NCBI GenBank assembly: GCA_963827655.1
Contig: CAWHCF010000019.1
Span: 1-64,000 of the forward strand
Length of the DNA: 64,000 nt
Origin: an uncultured Acidobacteriota bacterium
GTDB lineage: Bacteria; Acidobacteriota; UBA6911
Direction of reading: 5' to 3'
The first letter of the stretch is position 1. Each line of letters starts with the position of its first letter. The position numbers and the translations under genes were made by a program. Positions 1-11,595 of the stretch are shown here, in pieces. The notes below the pieces were generated by a model. The model saw nothing but the letters and a program-made list of their open reading frames with translations, did not search any database and was not told the DNA's origin.

Positions 1-59
1 TCTTCGTGGTTAGAGGAGTCTGCGAAATACCGCTAAGACTGAAAACACCAAGAATCTTC

Positions 60-2310
60 CTACTTGCGAAAGGTCCAGCGCAGCTTCAGCGCCAGAAGTT
101 CGGTTTCGGGGATGATTGTCAGGTCGTCGCGGCTCAACAGCAGGCGTTTCCAGCCCCGGTTCCACACGATAAACAGATCGTTGCCCGGCTTGATGGTCCA
201 GCGCAGGCGCATATTGTTGCCGACGTTCTGCGATTCGTTATCGTACTGCAAGAAAGTCGTAAGCATGAGGTTCGGGTTGAAGGCGTAGGCAAGGTTAAGC
301 TGCCAGAGCCGTTGGATGAATTTTCCCTCGTGCAGGTCGCCGAAGTTATGCTCGCTCGCGACGCCGGCCTGCCAGTTTCCATCGGCTGACGTAAAGTTCA
401 AGGAGTTCTGCTGCTGGAGAAGCCGCCCGTTGTAGAAGGTGCCGAACCAGGTTTCGTTCCCGAATGCCCACCGCCGATGCTCGCTGGTTTCAAACTCCAC
501 ACGAAAACGGTCGAACCGATAGCCACCCTCCGGCAACGTAACGCCCTCGGCAATCTCAAAGGGCGCCGGCAAGAACTCATACGAGGGAACCCACGTCAAC
601 TCGAAGGTATCGCCGGACTCCAGCTCCACGTTGATGGGCGACCAGGAGAAACCCTGCGACTCGAGCTGGCCCATGTGGTTTACGACCCGGTAGAAGCGAT
701 GCTCCATGAAATGCTGGCGAATCCACCCAAATGGTCCGTCCTTGCGAGGCCGCGGCTTGAATTCGCAATCAGCGTCAAACCGGCGAGTGCCGGGTCGTGG
801 GAGAAAACCAAGTGCCGGATCGAGCGCTTCACCGAACTGGTTCAACGAAGTGAAACAATCCCAGAGGTCGTTCGGATAATCTATTTTGAACCCCCAACCT
901 GACCGATCGCCCTCAGCGATGTCACCGGCGCTGAAGGCGCTCCAGGCCCCGATCAAAAAATTCTTGTCGTCGAGGAACTCTGAAGTACGCCAGACGCCGT
1001 CGAACCCGGCAAACCTGTTCCGGCGAATGCCGTCGGGAGTTCCGTTCGTTAGCATGGTGCCGACTCGGAGCCTGGAATTCACGTCGTAGGAAACCCTCCC
1101 AGCGAAAAGATTCGTGCCGGGCACGAGAGTGTTCGATCCCTGGAGTGTGGCATCGCGGGTCTGCACATCGAGCAAGCCGATATTCCAGCGGCCCGCCCGG
1201 CCGTTGAGCTTGACGCCTGCATTGATCGGAATCGGCTGGCCTTCGAACAGACCCACGCGGCGCGAAAAGAAGGGGATGAACTGCTCCTCCAGACCAAGGC
1301 CGAACTCGTATTGATTGGCGCCCTCAAGGAAGAACGTGCGGCGCTCAGGGAAGAACAACGGGAATCTCGTCAGGTTCAACTGACGCGAGTCTACTTCCGT
1401 TTCGGCAAAATCGGTGTTGACGGTGAACACCGCGGCCATTTGAGGCGTCATGCGATAAGTGACGTCGATGCCAGGGGAACCTTGCCAGGTGCGGCCTTGT
1501 TCCTGGAAGAAGTCCTTCATGCGCCCGACTACATACGGGCTGATCTCAAGACCCAAACCCTGCCTCAGGTCCTGGACACCGCTCAAGGTTCCTGCCCTGC
1601 TGAGGTCGTAGAAGAAGGAGTCGAGCGTTGCGGAGCTCCAGCGCAGAACGGTTCGGTCGCGCGCGATGTTTCGTTCGAAGTTGACGCCCCAGGAAGACCG
1701 GCCCCCGGCAAAACTGAGTGAGCGTGCAGGAATAATAATCTCGGCCCGACCAGCCTCGATCCGAACGCGACGTTCGCGCATCCCAGATGCCGTCCCAATC
1801 GAGGCTCGGGTCTTCAGGGTCCGCAACCAGCCCGTCGACGCGCGCACCGGCGGCGTTGATCTGAAAAAAGTAGCCCGTGCGCCGATCCCCGTAGGTGTCG
1901 AGGATACGGCCCGGTGTCGTCCGCTTCAACATCGCCATCCCTCTGCATGGTGTGGATGGCAATCCTGAAGGCTCCGTATCGCTGCAATCGAAACCGAAAT
2001 AGAGCTCGTCGGGCTGATCAGGACCCGCACTGGCGGTTCGTACGGGGCAGACTCACCAGGTTTCGGCGACTGCTGAATCAGTTCGGCAATGTTGGCTACC
2101 TGCCGCCACGCCGGCTCATCCAGCTCGCCATCGAATTGGATGGAGCCGCTCGGAGGCGAAGGCGTCCACGGTTGCGCCGGTCGCGATCGCGCTGGGCTGC
2201 CCCAGGACTTCGACCGCAATCAGACAAAACAAGACGGCATAAGGCAGGCGGCTGGTAGACAGGCGAGTCGTGATTTGCGCGGCAACAAAACCACACCACT
2301 GGACACGCAA
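60..2310 (-). CDS. DUF5916 / CBM9-like domain outer-membrane protein, split by frameshifts
   Basis: Consecutive ORFs 2116-2310 (signal peptide-like), 1926-2219 (DGELDEPAW), 1546-1962 (LDTYGDRRTGYFFQINAAG..DWDGIW) and 60-1847 (TVNTDFAETEVD, FPLFFPERRTFFLEG, FFSRRVG, C-terminal WTF) join into one typical DUF5916 protein. Confidence 0.75.
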
Positions 2311-2335
2311 ACTCGAAGAGTGACACGAAGAAACG

Positions 2336-2615
2336 CTAAGATCGCCCGGGGATTTCCCGCTCCGGCGGCGCTTCGCCCGGTTTTCCTGCGCGGCGCAGCC
2401 AGGCGAGCAGCTGCCTCGGCTCCCACTCGCGCAGATCGTCGAAGTACGAATACACGACCGGAGAGATCAGCAGCGTAAGGAGTAAGCAAAGCATTTGCCC
2501 GCCGATGATCGTAACCGCCATGGAGGATCGCGATCCGGCCCCGAGTCCACGACCTCGATCCGCTGGTCGTTGCGCGCGCCCAGGGTAGCGCCAGAGGAAG
2601 AATGCAGCGAGACAT
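2336..2615 (-). pseudogene. Internally deleted remnant of an RND adaptor/permease operon (paralog of 2975-7485)
   Basis: AGGAGG RBS then ATG (MSRCILPLAL), then TLGARNDQRIEVV (adaptor C-terminus-like), then GRGLGAGSRSSMAVTIIGGQMLCLLLTLLISPVVYSYFDDLREW, nearly identical to the C-terminus of the permease at 4219-7485. Confidence 0.8.
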
Positions 2616-2785
2616 GGGAGCCTCCTGGGTTCTGTAAGGGTAGACCAAGGTGTTGAAACGTTTCAAGATAGTGAGTCTCAGGTATCAAAGTGGGATTACT
2701 ATCAAGCGGAAACTGTGGAGACTAAGAACCTCCAAATGATAGGACGCGTTCATCGGGTACATAACCGTTTTTGGGAAAGCGTCCT

Positions 2786-2855
2786 CTCGTTCCCGTTCCC
2801 GTCCACGTTCCCGAAACCGCCGGAAAACGGGAACGGAAACGGGAACGTGTACGAG
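2786..2855. repeat. Inverted hexamer tandem-repeat element (GTTCCC)n...(GGGAAC)n
   Basis: ctcgttcccgttcccgtccacgttcccg ... cgggaacggaaacgggaacgtgtacgag read directly. Confidence 0.85.
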
Positions 2856-2974
2856 GAGGGAATTGCCAGTTTCGTTATACACGATCATCTGTATCCTTTA
2901 ATCCGACCCCCCGCTGTGGCAAAATAAGTCCGTTTGCGCAAAACAGAATCAGCAGAAAAACGTATTAAGCCAAC

Positions 2975-4222
2975 ATGAGTAGTATGAAAAGCTTAAAGCT
3001 CCTGTGGCAAATCCTGATTCCGGGGGCTGCACTGGCTGTCGCGGTCGCCGGCTGCACGGGCGCAACCGAGGCCGGCAAGGCCGAGGGTGGGAAACGTGCA
3101 GGGGTCACGGTCCGCACTGTGACACCCGACCGGATCTCGATCGCGCGGCAAGTCGACATCTCGGGTACCGTGATTTCGCCCGACCAGGCGACGGTTTCGA
3201 GTGAAGTGGCGGGCGTCGTACGCGAGGCCGAAATCGAATTGGGTCAGGAAGTCCGTCCTGGGCAGGTGCTTGCGCGCATCGATCCTCAGGAATTGGAGAT
3301 CGCGCTCCGGCGCGCCGAGAGCCTCCTCAGGCAGACGGAGGCGCAGCTCAACATCGACGGGGTCAAGGTCAAAGAACCTCCACCAGAAGACCAGATCGCC
3401 GCGGTGCGGCTAGCCCAGGCGCAGCGCGAGGACGCTCAAGCACAACTCGAGCGCGCCTTCCAGCTCTCGAAGCAGGGACTCCTGCCGCAGGCTGACATGG
3501 ACGCGGCTCAGACCCGATTCAAAATGAGCGAGGCGGGGTATCAGGCGGCACTGCAGAATGTCCAGAGTCTGAAGGCCAGCCTGCAGGATCGCCGGGCTGC
3601 CTATGAACTCGCTCAGAAGAAACTCGCCGACGCCACGATACGCGCCCCGGTGGGGGGGCGCATCAGCGAGCGGTTGATCCACCCCGGCGAATACATCCGC
3701 GAGAACGCCGCGATCGTCACAATCGTGCAGATGAATCCACTCAAACTTCGAACGGCGGTGCAGGAGCGGCACGCTGGAGTGATCCGTCCTGGGCTGAGCG
3801 CCCATTTCCGCGTAGAAGCGTTTCCTGAGGATCTCTTTCAGGGAAAGGTGGCTTTTGTGAGCCCGGCGGTCGACCAGGCGACCCGCACCTTCACGATCGA
3901 GATCCTGGTCGATAACCCGCAATGGAAGCTGAAGCCCGGTTTCTTTGCCAAGGGAATCATTGCCACGCAGGTCGACGAAGGAATCATCGCAGTTCCTGAA
4001 GAGGCGATCTCCACGCTAGCGGGGGTCTCGAGCGTCTTCATCGTCGAGCAGAGCAAGGTGCGCCAGCACGTAGTCACGATCGGTGCGCGGCAGGGGAAGC
4101 TGCTCGAAGTCCGTGAAGGGCTCCGCGGCAATGAAGTTCTGGCTGGGTCGAACCTGAGCCAGCTGGCGACGGGTGTGCCTGTCGATGTCGAGCCGGCGCG
4201 TGCCGGCAAGGAGCGCCCATGA
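2975..4222 (+). CDS. RND efflux transporter periplasmic adaptor (MFP) lipoprotein
   Basis: Lipobox VAGC, biotinyl-like V..G.V motif, coiled hairpin, IRAPVGG, VSPAVDQATRT, LKPGFF. Confidence 0.95.
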   Translation: MSSMKSLKLLWQILIPGAALAVAVAGCTGATEAGKAEGGKRAGVTVRTVTPDRISIARQVDISGTVISPDQATVSSEVAGVVREAEIELGQEVRPGQVLARIDPQELEIALRRAESLLRQTEAQLNIDGVKVKEPPPEDQIAAVRLAQAQREDAQAQLERAFQLSKQGLLPQADMDAAQTRFKMSEAGYQAALQNVQSLKASLQDRRAAYELAQKKLADATIRAPVGGRISERLIHPGEYIRENAAIVTIVQMNPLKLRTAVQERHAGVIRPGLSAHFRVEAFPEDLFQGKVAFVSPAVDQATRTFTIEILVDNPQWKLKPGFFAKGIIATQVDEGIIAVPEEAISTLAGVSSVFIVEQSKVRQHVVTIGARQGKLLEVREGLRGNEVLAGSNLSQLATGVPVDVEPARAGKERP

Positions 4223-7200
4223 CTTTAGCGGATATCAGCATCAAGCGCCCGGTCTTTGCTTTCATGATGACATCGGCGCTCGTCGTCATGGGCCTATTCT
4301 CCTACCGCGAGCTGGGCCTTGACCTGATGCCCAAAACGGATTACCCCTCGGTAACCGTCAGGGTCATGCTTCCGGGAGCGAGCCCCGAGGAGGTTGAGAC
4401 CCAAATCGCCAAGCCGATCGAGGAAGTCGTCAATACTATCAACGGCATCGACGAGGTGAGCTCGTTTGCCAATCAGGGCTTTGCCTACGTAAGTATCAGT
4501 TTCGTTCTCGAGCGTGACATCGACACCGCCGTCCAGGACGTCCGCGACAAGGTCGCGACCATTGTATCGAGGTTCCCGCGCGACACGCTTCCCCCCGAGA
4601 TCACGAAGTTCGATCCCGATTCCGCTCCCATCCTGACGCTGGCGATATCCGGCAACCGCACGCAGAAGGAGATCACCGAGATCGCCGACAAGAAGATCAA
4701 GCAGGAGCTCGAAACAGTCAAGGACGTCGGCGACATCCAGTTCATGGGCGAGCGCCGGCGCGAGATCCAGCTCCTGCTCGATGCCGACCGCCTCAAGGCC
4801 TATGGACTAACTGTCGAGCAGGTGCGTGCTGCCGTGCAGCGCCAGAACGTCGAAATCCCCGGCGGGTCATTCATTACCGGACCCTCGGAGATCGCGCTGC
4901 GCACCATGGGCCGCGTCCTCAAGGTGGAGGACTTCAACCGCGTCATCCTTGCCTATCGCCAGGGGTCGGTGATCACATTGAGCGACGTCGGGCGGGCGAT
5001 CGACACGATCGAGGAGCCTCGCTCGACGGCTCGGCTCAACGGGCGGCCCGCCGTGGCGCTCGAGATCCGCAAGCAGTCGGGGACCAACACCGTAGCGGTC
5101 GTGGATGCCTTGATAGCCCGCCTCGAACGGGTCAAACGGATCCTGCCTGCCGACATTGTCGTGCAGACGATCCGCGACCAGTCGCGCTTCATCCGCCGCT
5201 CGGTTCACGACATCATGATGCACCTCATCCTGGGGAGCTTGCTCGCAAGCGCAGTCGTATTCCTCTTCATCCGCAACTTGCGCAGCACGGTCATCGCGGC
5301 GCTGGCGATCCCGACCTCGATTATCGGCACTTTCACGATCATGAAGCTCTTCGGCTTCACGATGAACAACATGACCATGCTCTCGCTCAGTCTGGCGACG
5401 GGTATCGTCATCGACGACGCGATCGTCGTCCTCGAGAACATTTTTCGCTACGTCGAGGAGAAGGGTATCACGCCGAAGCTTGCGGCGTCGGCGGCAACGA
5501 ACGAGATCGGCCTGGCCGTCATGGCAACGACGCTGTCGCTCGTCGTGATCTTTCTTCCGGTCGCATTCATGACGGGCCAGATCGGCCGCTTTTTCTTCAG
5601 TTTCGGCATCGTGTCGGCAGCCGCGATTATGATCTCGATGTTCGTGGCGTTCACTCTCACGCCCGCGCTCTGCGCCATCTGGCTGCGCCCCAAAGACGCG
5701 AAGGCGCATGGGGGTTCTAAGAAGGGGCTGTACGGTCTGATCGACCGTGTATACGGCAGGATGATGGTCTGGTCGCTTCACCACCGATTCGTGATGCTGC
5801 TGATTGCCGCGATCGTATCGGTATCGGCTTTGCTGCTTTTCCCCCGAATCGGAAAGGAGCTGGTGCCGGAGGATGACCAGAGCGAATTCAGCGTCTCCGT
5901 CCGCATGCCTACCGGAACGAGCCTGGAGCGGAGCGACCGCTACATTCAGGACATCGAGCGCGAGCTGCAACAGCTCCCTGAGGTCCAGACGATCTTTACG
6001 AGCATCACGCGTTACTCGAACATCTATGTCGGCCTAACGCCGCATGAGGAACGGAAGCTGTCACAACAGGAGATCATGCGGCTGGCCCGCCTGCGCCTGC
6101 GCAGTTATACGATGCAGGCGGCTTCGAAGGCGCCGGGGGGTGGGGCCCGCATCAGCATCTCGGGTGGCACGGATCTGTCGGGGGCATCGACATCAGGAGG
6201 AGGCCAGCGCAGCAGGGGCGGCAACCAGAGCACCAACCGGCTGGAACTAAATCTCCAGGGTCCTGACATCGACCAACTGTACGAATACGCGCAGGCGTTG
6301 ATCGTGAAGCTGCGGACTATTCCCGGCGTGGTCGACCCGGACAGCTATTTCGAGCCGGCTTTGCCCGAGCTTCGCGTTAACATCGACCGCTCCCGCGCGG
6401 CGGACCTGGGTGTCCAGATCGACTCGCTGGCTGGGAGTCTCCGTACTCTGGTCGGCGGCGAGGAAGTTTCACGCTTCCGCGAGGGTGACGATAACTACAT
6501 CGTACGGATGCGGCTGGACGAGCAATTCCGAAATGCCGAGTCGATGGGCGACCTGCTGATTCCGTCGACGACGCAGCGCGTCGTGCGCGTGAGTGACATC
6601 GCCCAGCTTCGTTTGGAGAAGGGCCCGGCGTCGATCAGCCGCTACAACCGCCAGCGCAACATTAGGATGTCCGCGAACCTGGACGGGCTGCCGCTCGTCG
6701 CGGCAGTCGCGAAGGCCCGCGAGAAGATCGACGAGCTCAACATGAAGCTCGGCTATCAGGCCAGCTTCGGCTCGAGCGCGCGCACCCTCGAAGAAGCGTC
6801 AAATGACTTCGTAATCGCCATCATCCTGGCGATCGCCTTCATCTACATGGTGCTGGCGTCACAGTTCAACAGCTTTATCCACCCGCTCACCATCATGACT
6901 TCGCTTCCGCTCAGCCTCCCAGCCGGGCTGCTGGCATTGATGGCGATGGGGATGACGGTGAACGTCTACAGCGCGATCGGCCTCTTGATGCTCTTCGGCA
7001 TCGTCAAGAAGAACACGATTCTCCAGGTCGACTACACCAACACGCTGCGGGCCGAGGGGATGGAACGCCACGAAGCCCTGATCATGGCGAGCCATGTCCG
7101 GTTGCGTCCGATTCTGATGACCACGATCGCGATCATCGCCGGAATGCTGCCCATCGCATTCGGCAGGGGTGCCGGCGCCGGGTCGCGCGCCTCGATGGCC

Positions 7201-7485
7201 GTAACGATCATCGGCGGCCAAATACTCTGTCTTCTGCTGACACTCCTGGTGTCGCCCGTCGTTTATTCGTATTTCGATGACCTGCGGGAGTGGCGTCCCG
7301 CTCGCCTGCTCGCAGTATTTCGGTCCCGCGACGTCCAACGGCAAAACCCCCGCATAGGAATTGCGGATTGGGGATTTCGGATTGGCAGTTTGCCGTCACA
7401 ATGCCGTCCAATCCGCGATCCGAAATCTGAAATTCCAATCAGGGCGCGGAGCCGTGAGGGATCAGGTGCACGGCGGACGCCTTGA
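4219..7485 (+). CDS. RND efflux permease (AcrB/MdtB-like HAE1 family)
   Basis: SIKRPVFA, GIVIDDAIVVLENI, GIVKKNTILQVD, RLRPILMTT motifs. The true stop may be TAG at 7355-7357 if the preceding C-run holds one extra base. Confidence 0.95.
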   Translation: MTLADISIKRPVFAFMMTSALVVMGLFSYRELGLDLMPKTDYPSVTVRVMLPGASPEEVETQIAKPIEEVVNTINGIDEVSSFANQGFAYVSISFVLERDIDTAVQDVRDKVATIVSRFPRDTLPPEITKFDPDSAPILTLAISGNRTQKEITEIADKKIKQELETVKDVGDIQFMGERRREIQLLLDADRLKAYGLTVEQVRAAVQRQNVEIPGGSFITGPSEIALRTMGRVLKVEDFNRVILAYRQGSVITLSDVGRAIDTIEEPRSTARLNGRPAVALEIRKQSGTNTVAVVDALIARLERVKRILPADIVVQTIRDQSRFIRRSVHDIMMHLILGSLLASAVVFLFIRNLRSTVIAALAIPTSIIGTFTIMKLFGFTMNNMTMLSLSLATGIVIDDAIVVLENIFRYVEEKGITPKLAASAATNEIGLAVMATTLSLVVIFLPVAFMTGQIGRFFFSFGIVSAAAIMISMFVAFTLTPALCAIWLRPKDAKAHGGSKKGLYGLIDRVYGRMMVWSLHHRFVMLLIAAIVSVSALLLFPRIGKELVPEDDQSEFSVSVRMPTGTSLERSDRYIQDIERELQQLPEVQTIFTSITRYSNIYVGLTPHEERKLSQQEIMRLARLRLRSYTMQAASKAPGGGARISISGGTDLSGASTSGGGQRSRGGNQSTNRLELNLQGPDIDQLYEYAQALIVKLRTIPGVVDPDSYFEPALPELRVNIDRSRAADLGVQIDSLAGSLRTLVGGEEVSRFREGDDNYIVRMRLDEQFRNAESMGDLLIPSTTQRVVRVSDIAQLRLEKGPASISRYNRQRNIRMSANLDGLPLVAAVAKAREKIDELNMKLGYQASFGSSARTLEEASNDFVIAIILAIAFIYMVLASQFNSFIHPLTIMTSLPLSLPAGLLALMAMGMTVNVYSAIGLLMLFGIVKKNTILQVDYTNTLRAEGMERHEALIMASHVRLRPILMTTIAIIAGMLPIAFGRGAGAGSRASMAVTIIGGQILCLLLTLLVSPVVYSYFDDLREWRPARLLAVFRSRDVQRQNPRIGIADWGFRIGSLPSQCRPIRDPKSEIPIRARSREGSGARRTP
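7357..7436. repeat. Inverted heptamer tandem-repeat element (GGATTKC-like)...(GMAATCC-like)
   Basis: ggaattgcggattggggatttcggattgg ... ccaatccgcgatccgaaatctgaaattcc. Confidence 0.85.
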
Positions 7486-7618
7486 AGGCCGCAGCGACTT
7501 CACTTCCCACGGCTAAGTCAAGTTCTTCTACGGCCTGCCGACTAACCAGCGCCACAAGCCTGAACCCGACATCGAGGACGACGTTTGCCGTCGAGCCGCT
7601 CGAGTGGATTTCCATCAC
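7439..7618 (-). pseudogene. TOBE (Mop-like molybdate/tungstate-binding) domain fragment
   Basis: Manual translation gives VMEIHSSGSTANVVLDVGFRLVALVSRQAVEELDLAVGSEVAAAFKASAVHLIP, a classic TOBE C-terminus. It is below the ORF-track cutoff and has an in-frame TGA just upstream. Confidence 0.75.
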
Positions 7619-7724
7619 GCTTCAGAAGCCATTGGCGAAATCCGGCTTGGATTGCGAAGCTTGCCTGCGCTTCGAGGCATTCGCGCCGAACCGTACCGAT
7701 AAGGCTTCTACGAATGACAAATGA

Positions 7725-9501
7725 CTAATGCGTAAGGCCACCAGGAAAGATTTTGGGCCAGAGGTCATCGACACGCCTTACCGTCTCAGGCAAGGGTTCG
7801 ACCAGCGGGGGAAACCACGCTTTGATCCGGCAGTCGAAAACCACGGGTGCAGACATGCTGACGTGGTATCGAAGCAGACGCGATTGATGGGCATAGATAT
7901 CGGCCGCCGGCTCGAGCCGCGTAAAGACGGTCCACAGAAAGGATGCCTCATCCCGCACGCAGTCTGCCGCATCATCCACCAGGATCACGAGACGGAACGG
8001 CCGGACTGCGTTCTCCTGCAGGAGATCCTCCACCGCGGTGTCGCCTTCGCGCCAGGGCGGGCCCTCGACTACCAGCACACCCGGTGCAAAAACAGCCTGC
8101 CGGCGAAAGACCGATTCTCGCAACATCGCCTGCGGTGTTTCTTGAAGCTGGAATTTCCTGTCACCCAGCCCAAGCAGAATTGCCTTGCTCCCCTGGTTCA
8201 GGGTCCGGGTCGTGTAATCCAGTGTATCTTGAGAGACGTTGGAAAAAATAAAGAGATCGGTGGCGAAATCGGCGCGCTCCAAAACATGGACGAGAAGGGA
8301 TCGGAACTTCTTCAGATCCAGACGAGCGTCGGTCACGATCAGAAACTTCGTCAGCGAGAGCTGACCTTCGCCCAGAATGCGCATCGCGGCCATGAACGCC
8401 TCGCGGCGGTATCGCTCGCGAACCACGGCGGAGGCCAGCGGGTGCACACCCGCGTCATCGTAGGCCCAGACATCCACAACGCCATTCATGACCAGCGGGA
8501 ACACCGGCGCGAAGAGTTCCTGAAGGTATTCTCCAATGTAGTGATCTTCCTGGCGCGGACGTCCCACAACTGTCGCCGGGAAGATCGCATCGCGGCGATG
8601 ATAGAGTTTGTGAACCTCGAAAACAGGGAACTCGTGGGCCAGGGAATAGTAGCCGTAGTGATCCCCAAAGGGTCCTTCCAGCCGCCGCACCCTGGGCGGT
8701 ATCTGTCCGGCCAGAAGAAAATCGGCTTCGGCCACGATCGGAAGCGAACTGATGCCAGGATCGAGAACGTGTGCCAGACGTCCATCCTGCAACAGCGACG
8801 CGAGGATCAGCTCAGGAACATTTTCCGGCAGCGGCGCGACGGCGGACATGATCAGGGCGGGTGGCCCACCCAGGAATAGATTCACCGGCAAGGGCCGGTT
8901 CTGCTTCTCCGCTTCATGGTAATGGAATCCGCCACCGCGGTGGATCTGGAAGTGCATCCCGGCTGTCCGATCATCGTAGATCTGGTTCCGGTACATGCCG
9001 AGATTCCCTTTTCCGGTGGCGGGGTGCTCCGTGTACACCAGAGGCAACGTAATGAAGGGCCCGCCATCCTGGGGCCAGTTCTGGATCTGCGGCAGCGACG
9101 TGAGTCGCGGCGGCTCAATGACCTTCTCGAGCACCGGACCTGTCCGGCGAGACGTCCTGCCCAACCGTATAGCCATTCTGGCCAGGTCGCGAAAGGACCA
9201 CAGCCTGGAGACGCTGGGGGGCATAAGGGTTTCCGCCGCCTCCACGACTCTCCTGAAAAAGCGGGCAGGCTCTTCTCCGAACGCCAGATCGATCCGGCGG
9301 CGCGTCCCGAAAAGATTGGTCGCCACGGGAAACTGAGTTCCCGTCACCCGCGTAAAAAGCAGGGCCGGGCCATGCGCTGCCACTACGCGCCGCTGGATCT
9401 CGGCCAGCTCGAGTCGCGGGTCAATCGGCTCATCGATTACGTGAAGCTCTTTCTCGCGTTTCAGGGTCTCGAGAAATGATCGGAGGTTCGGAGTGGCGCA
9501 T
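7725..9501 (-). CDS. UbiD-family decarboxylase (likely the futalosine-pathway menaquinone decarboxylase)
   Basis: DGGPFITLP, NLGMYR, EGPFGDHYGYY, VGRPRQED motifs. The frame extends upstream as LRSFLETLKREKELHVI; the ATG at 9501 is offset by one base. Confidence 0.88.
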
Positions 9502-9515
9502 CGGATGGAGGTAGT

Positions 9516-10292
9516 TCAGCGATTCTCACCCGGAAGGCGCGAAGACTCAATCAACATCTCGGACGAAAGAAGCGAGGCCGCGGCTTCGTCCACCATCCAG
9601 GTCAGTGAATCGGCTCTGGGCCGAATCTTCTTTGCTGGATAATCGTTGGTCGGGTCTTCCAGAACCTTTGCCAGCGCCGGAGCCTTGACTGCTCCTGCCG
9701 TCAGGAAAATCACCTTGCGCGCGCGTTGAGGATCCGGGGGGTCATTGAAATCCGAGTGCTCGCGAGCCCTGGTACTGAAACCGCGACGACGAGCCGATCC
9801 GTTCGTCCCAGACGGTGCCAGGAAAAAGCGAAGCCGTATGGCCGTCCTCGCCCATTCCCAGCAGAACCAGGTCGAAGCTCGGAATCTCGGCGCTGCCGGC
9901 GGCAGCGCGGCGGATCTCAGCTTCGTAACGGAGAGCCGCCTTTTCGGCGTCCTCCAGCTCGCCCAGGATGCGGTGGATCCGGTTTTCAGCCACCGGTATT
10001 CGTGAAAGGAGCGTCTGCCGGGCCATCCCGTAGTTACTTTCGGGGTGATCAGGAGGAACACAGCGCTCGTCTCCCCAAAAGAAATCGATCTTTTCCCAGT
10101 CAATTCGCTCGCGATAAGGAGAACGGGCCAAGGTTTCGTATATTGGTTTGGGTGTCTTCCCGCCGGTCAGGACGAAGATTGCGCTACCCCGCTTCCGCGA
10201 TCGCACTTTCCAGAGCGCAGCGCGATCTCTTCGGCGGCGGCGCGCGCCAGGGTCTCGACATCGGAGAAGATTTGAATGCTGGGTCGGTTCAT
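9516..10292 (-). CDS. pgl: 6-phosphogluconolactonase, frameshifted
   Basis: LTGGKTP, FFWGDERCVPPDHPESNY, FDLVLLGMGEDGHTASLFP, C-terminal WMVDEAAA, spread over several frames. Confidence 0.88.
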
Positions 10293-10336
10293 GTTTCCTG
10301 GCGTCTTTGCGTACTGGCGGTGAATTGCACCGCGCG

Positions 10337-11469
10337 CTACGTGAAGCTCCGTTCAAGGGCGAGGGCTTCGGCCAGCGCCTGGCTGAAAACCTTGATCCTG
10401 GCCGGAAAGTGAAAGCTCGTGGATGAGAAGCAGTGCCTCGTCCCGGGCTTCCTCGGTCACCGAGTGAACCAGCGCCGGGCCGAGCCCTTCGGTTCGGGCC
10501 GTTATGCAGGAGGAACCCTTTTCCCGAACTTACCGTGAAGGTGGGACCGTTCCTCGCGCGCAGAACGATCGAAGCGATGCCCGGAGCCTGGTTGAGCTCG
10601 GTGGGCGTGCCGCTAAAGCGGACCACGACTTCTCCGCTCGGGCCGTTCCAGCGAGAAATCCATTGGCCGTCTTGCCGTTCGGGCCGAAGTTCTCTGCCAG
10701 TTCAGGCGAGAGGCCAGCCATCCAGTCAACAGCAGACGTGCGGGTAGGAATGTTCGCCGGCGACGCCACGCTCCTGAGAATTTCCACTTCGCATATTTCG
10801 CGCGCATAGCGGCGCAGCGCCGGGGGATCGAAAAACTGCGCGATGAGGTCCCGCCAGGCGGTCAGACGAGACCAGTTCAGGTCGCGGACGCAAAGCCCCT
10901 TGGGAGCGTGGGTCAGCAGAGTCAGGAGGCGCCCCCGGTTGTGCGCGTCGTCTTTGGAGACATGGGAATCAACAATCAGCAAATCCGCAAAGTCAGCCAC
11001 TTTCACAGCCAGTTCCTGGTCCTCGGGTTTGAAGGATCTCCAGTAAAGAAAGACCGGCAAATCCGGAACCAGGAGCGAAACCAGGATGTTCGGCAGGTCC
11101 GCGACGGAGCTGCCGCGGGCGCCAACGGTAACTGTCTCGCAGCAGGTTGGGGACCCGCCCGCCGTGGAGACCAAGCAATGCGCATGAATCCACGCGCGCA
11201 TTCCGGAGGCGCCGGCGGAGCAGCGGCTCCTTGAATCTCATCTTCCCGGTACGCGATCAGCGAGCGGCAGGGTGCCACTCCGCGACCCGAGCCAGCAGTT
11301 CGGGAAGCAATTCAGATTCTGCCCGGTCGTGCGCAATGACAACCAGGTTACAGGAGCAGGCGCGGATCGCCGCCCTCTCGCTTTCGCCTTCCGACTTCCA
11401 CAAGGATGTCAGTTCCTGCTCGATCACGGCGGCATCGACCGCGACCGGCATTCCGAGGTTAGAAGTCAT
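10337..11469 (-). CDS. opcA: Glucose-6-phosphate dehydrogenase assembly protein OpcA, frameshifted
   Basis: IEQELTSLW..RACSCNLV, LLVPDLPVFLYW, IVDS, DLNWSRLTAWR; sits between zwf and pgl. Confidence 0.85.
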
Positions 11470-11471
11470 AG

Positions 11472-11593
11472 GATTTACGATTGACGATTGACGATTGACG
11501 ATTGGGAGACTGCGAATGATTGTTCAATCCAGGCGATCACGGGCATGGACCTGTCTGGCATTCATCGTCAATCGTCAATCGTAAATCGTCAAT
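11472..11593. repeat. Inverted heptamer element (GATTGAC)n...(AATCGTC)n
   Basis: Left arm 11472-11504 and right arm 11563-11593 fill the zwf-opcA spacer. Confidence 0.92.
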
Positions 11594-11595
11594 TG

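Noticed and set aside
7358-7485. Novel C-terminal domain on the RND permease
   Set aside because: It is a translation of the heptamer arms. One fewer C in the run at 7347-7351 would give a stop at 7355-7357.
4867-8879. Long antisense ORFs (4867-5970, 7728-8879; likewise 37013-38122 and 63072-63974)
   Set aside because: These are shadows of real genes caused by GC-rich codon bias; no recognisable motifs.
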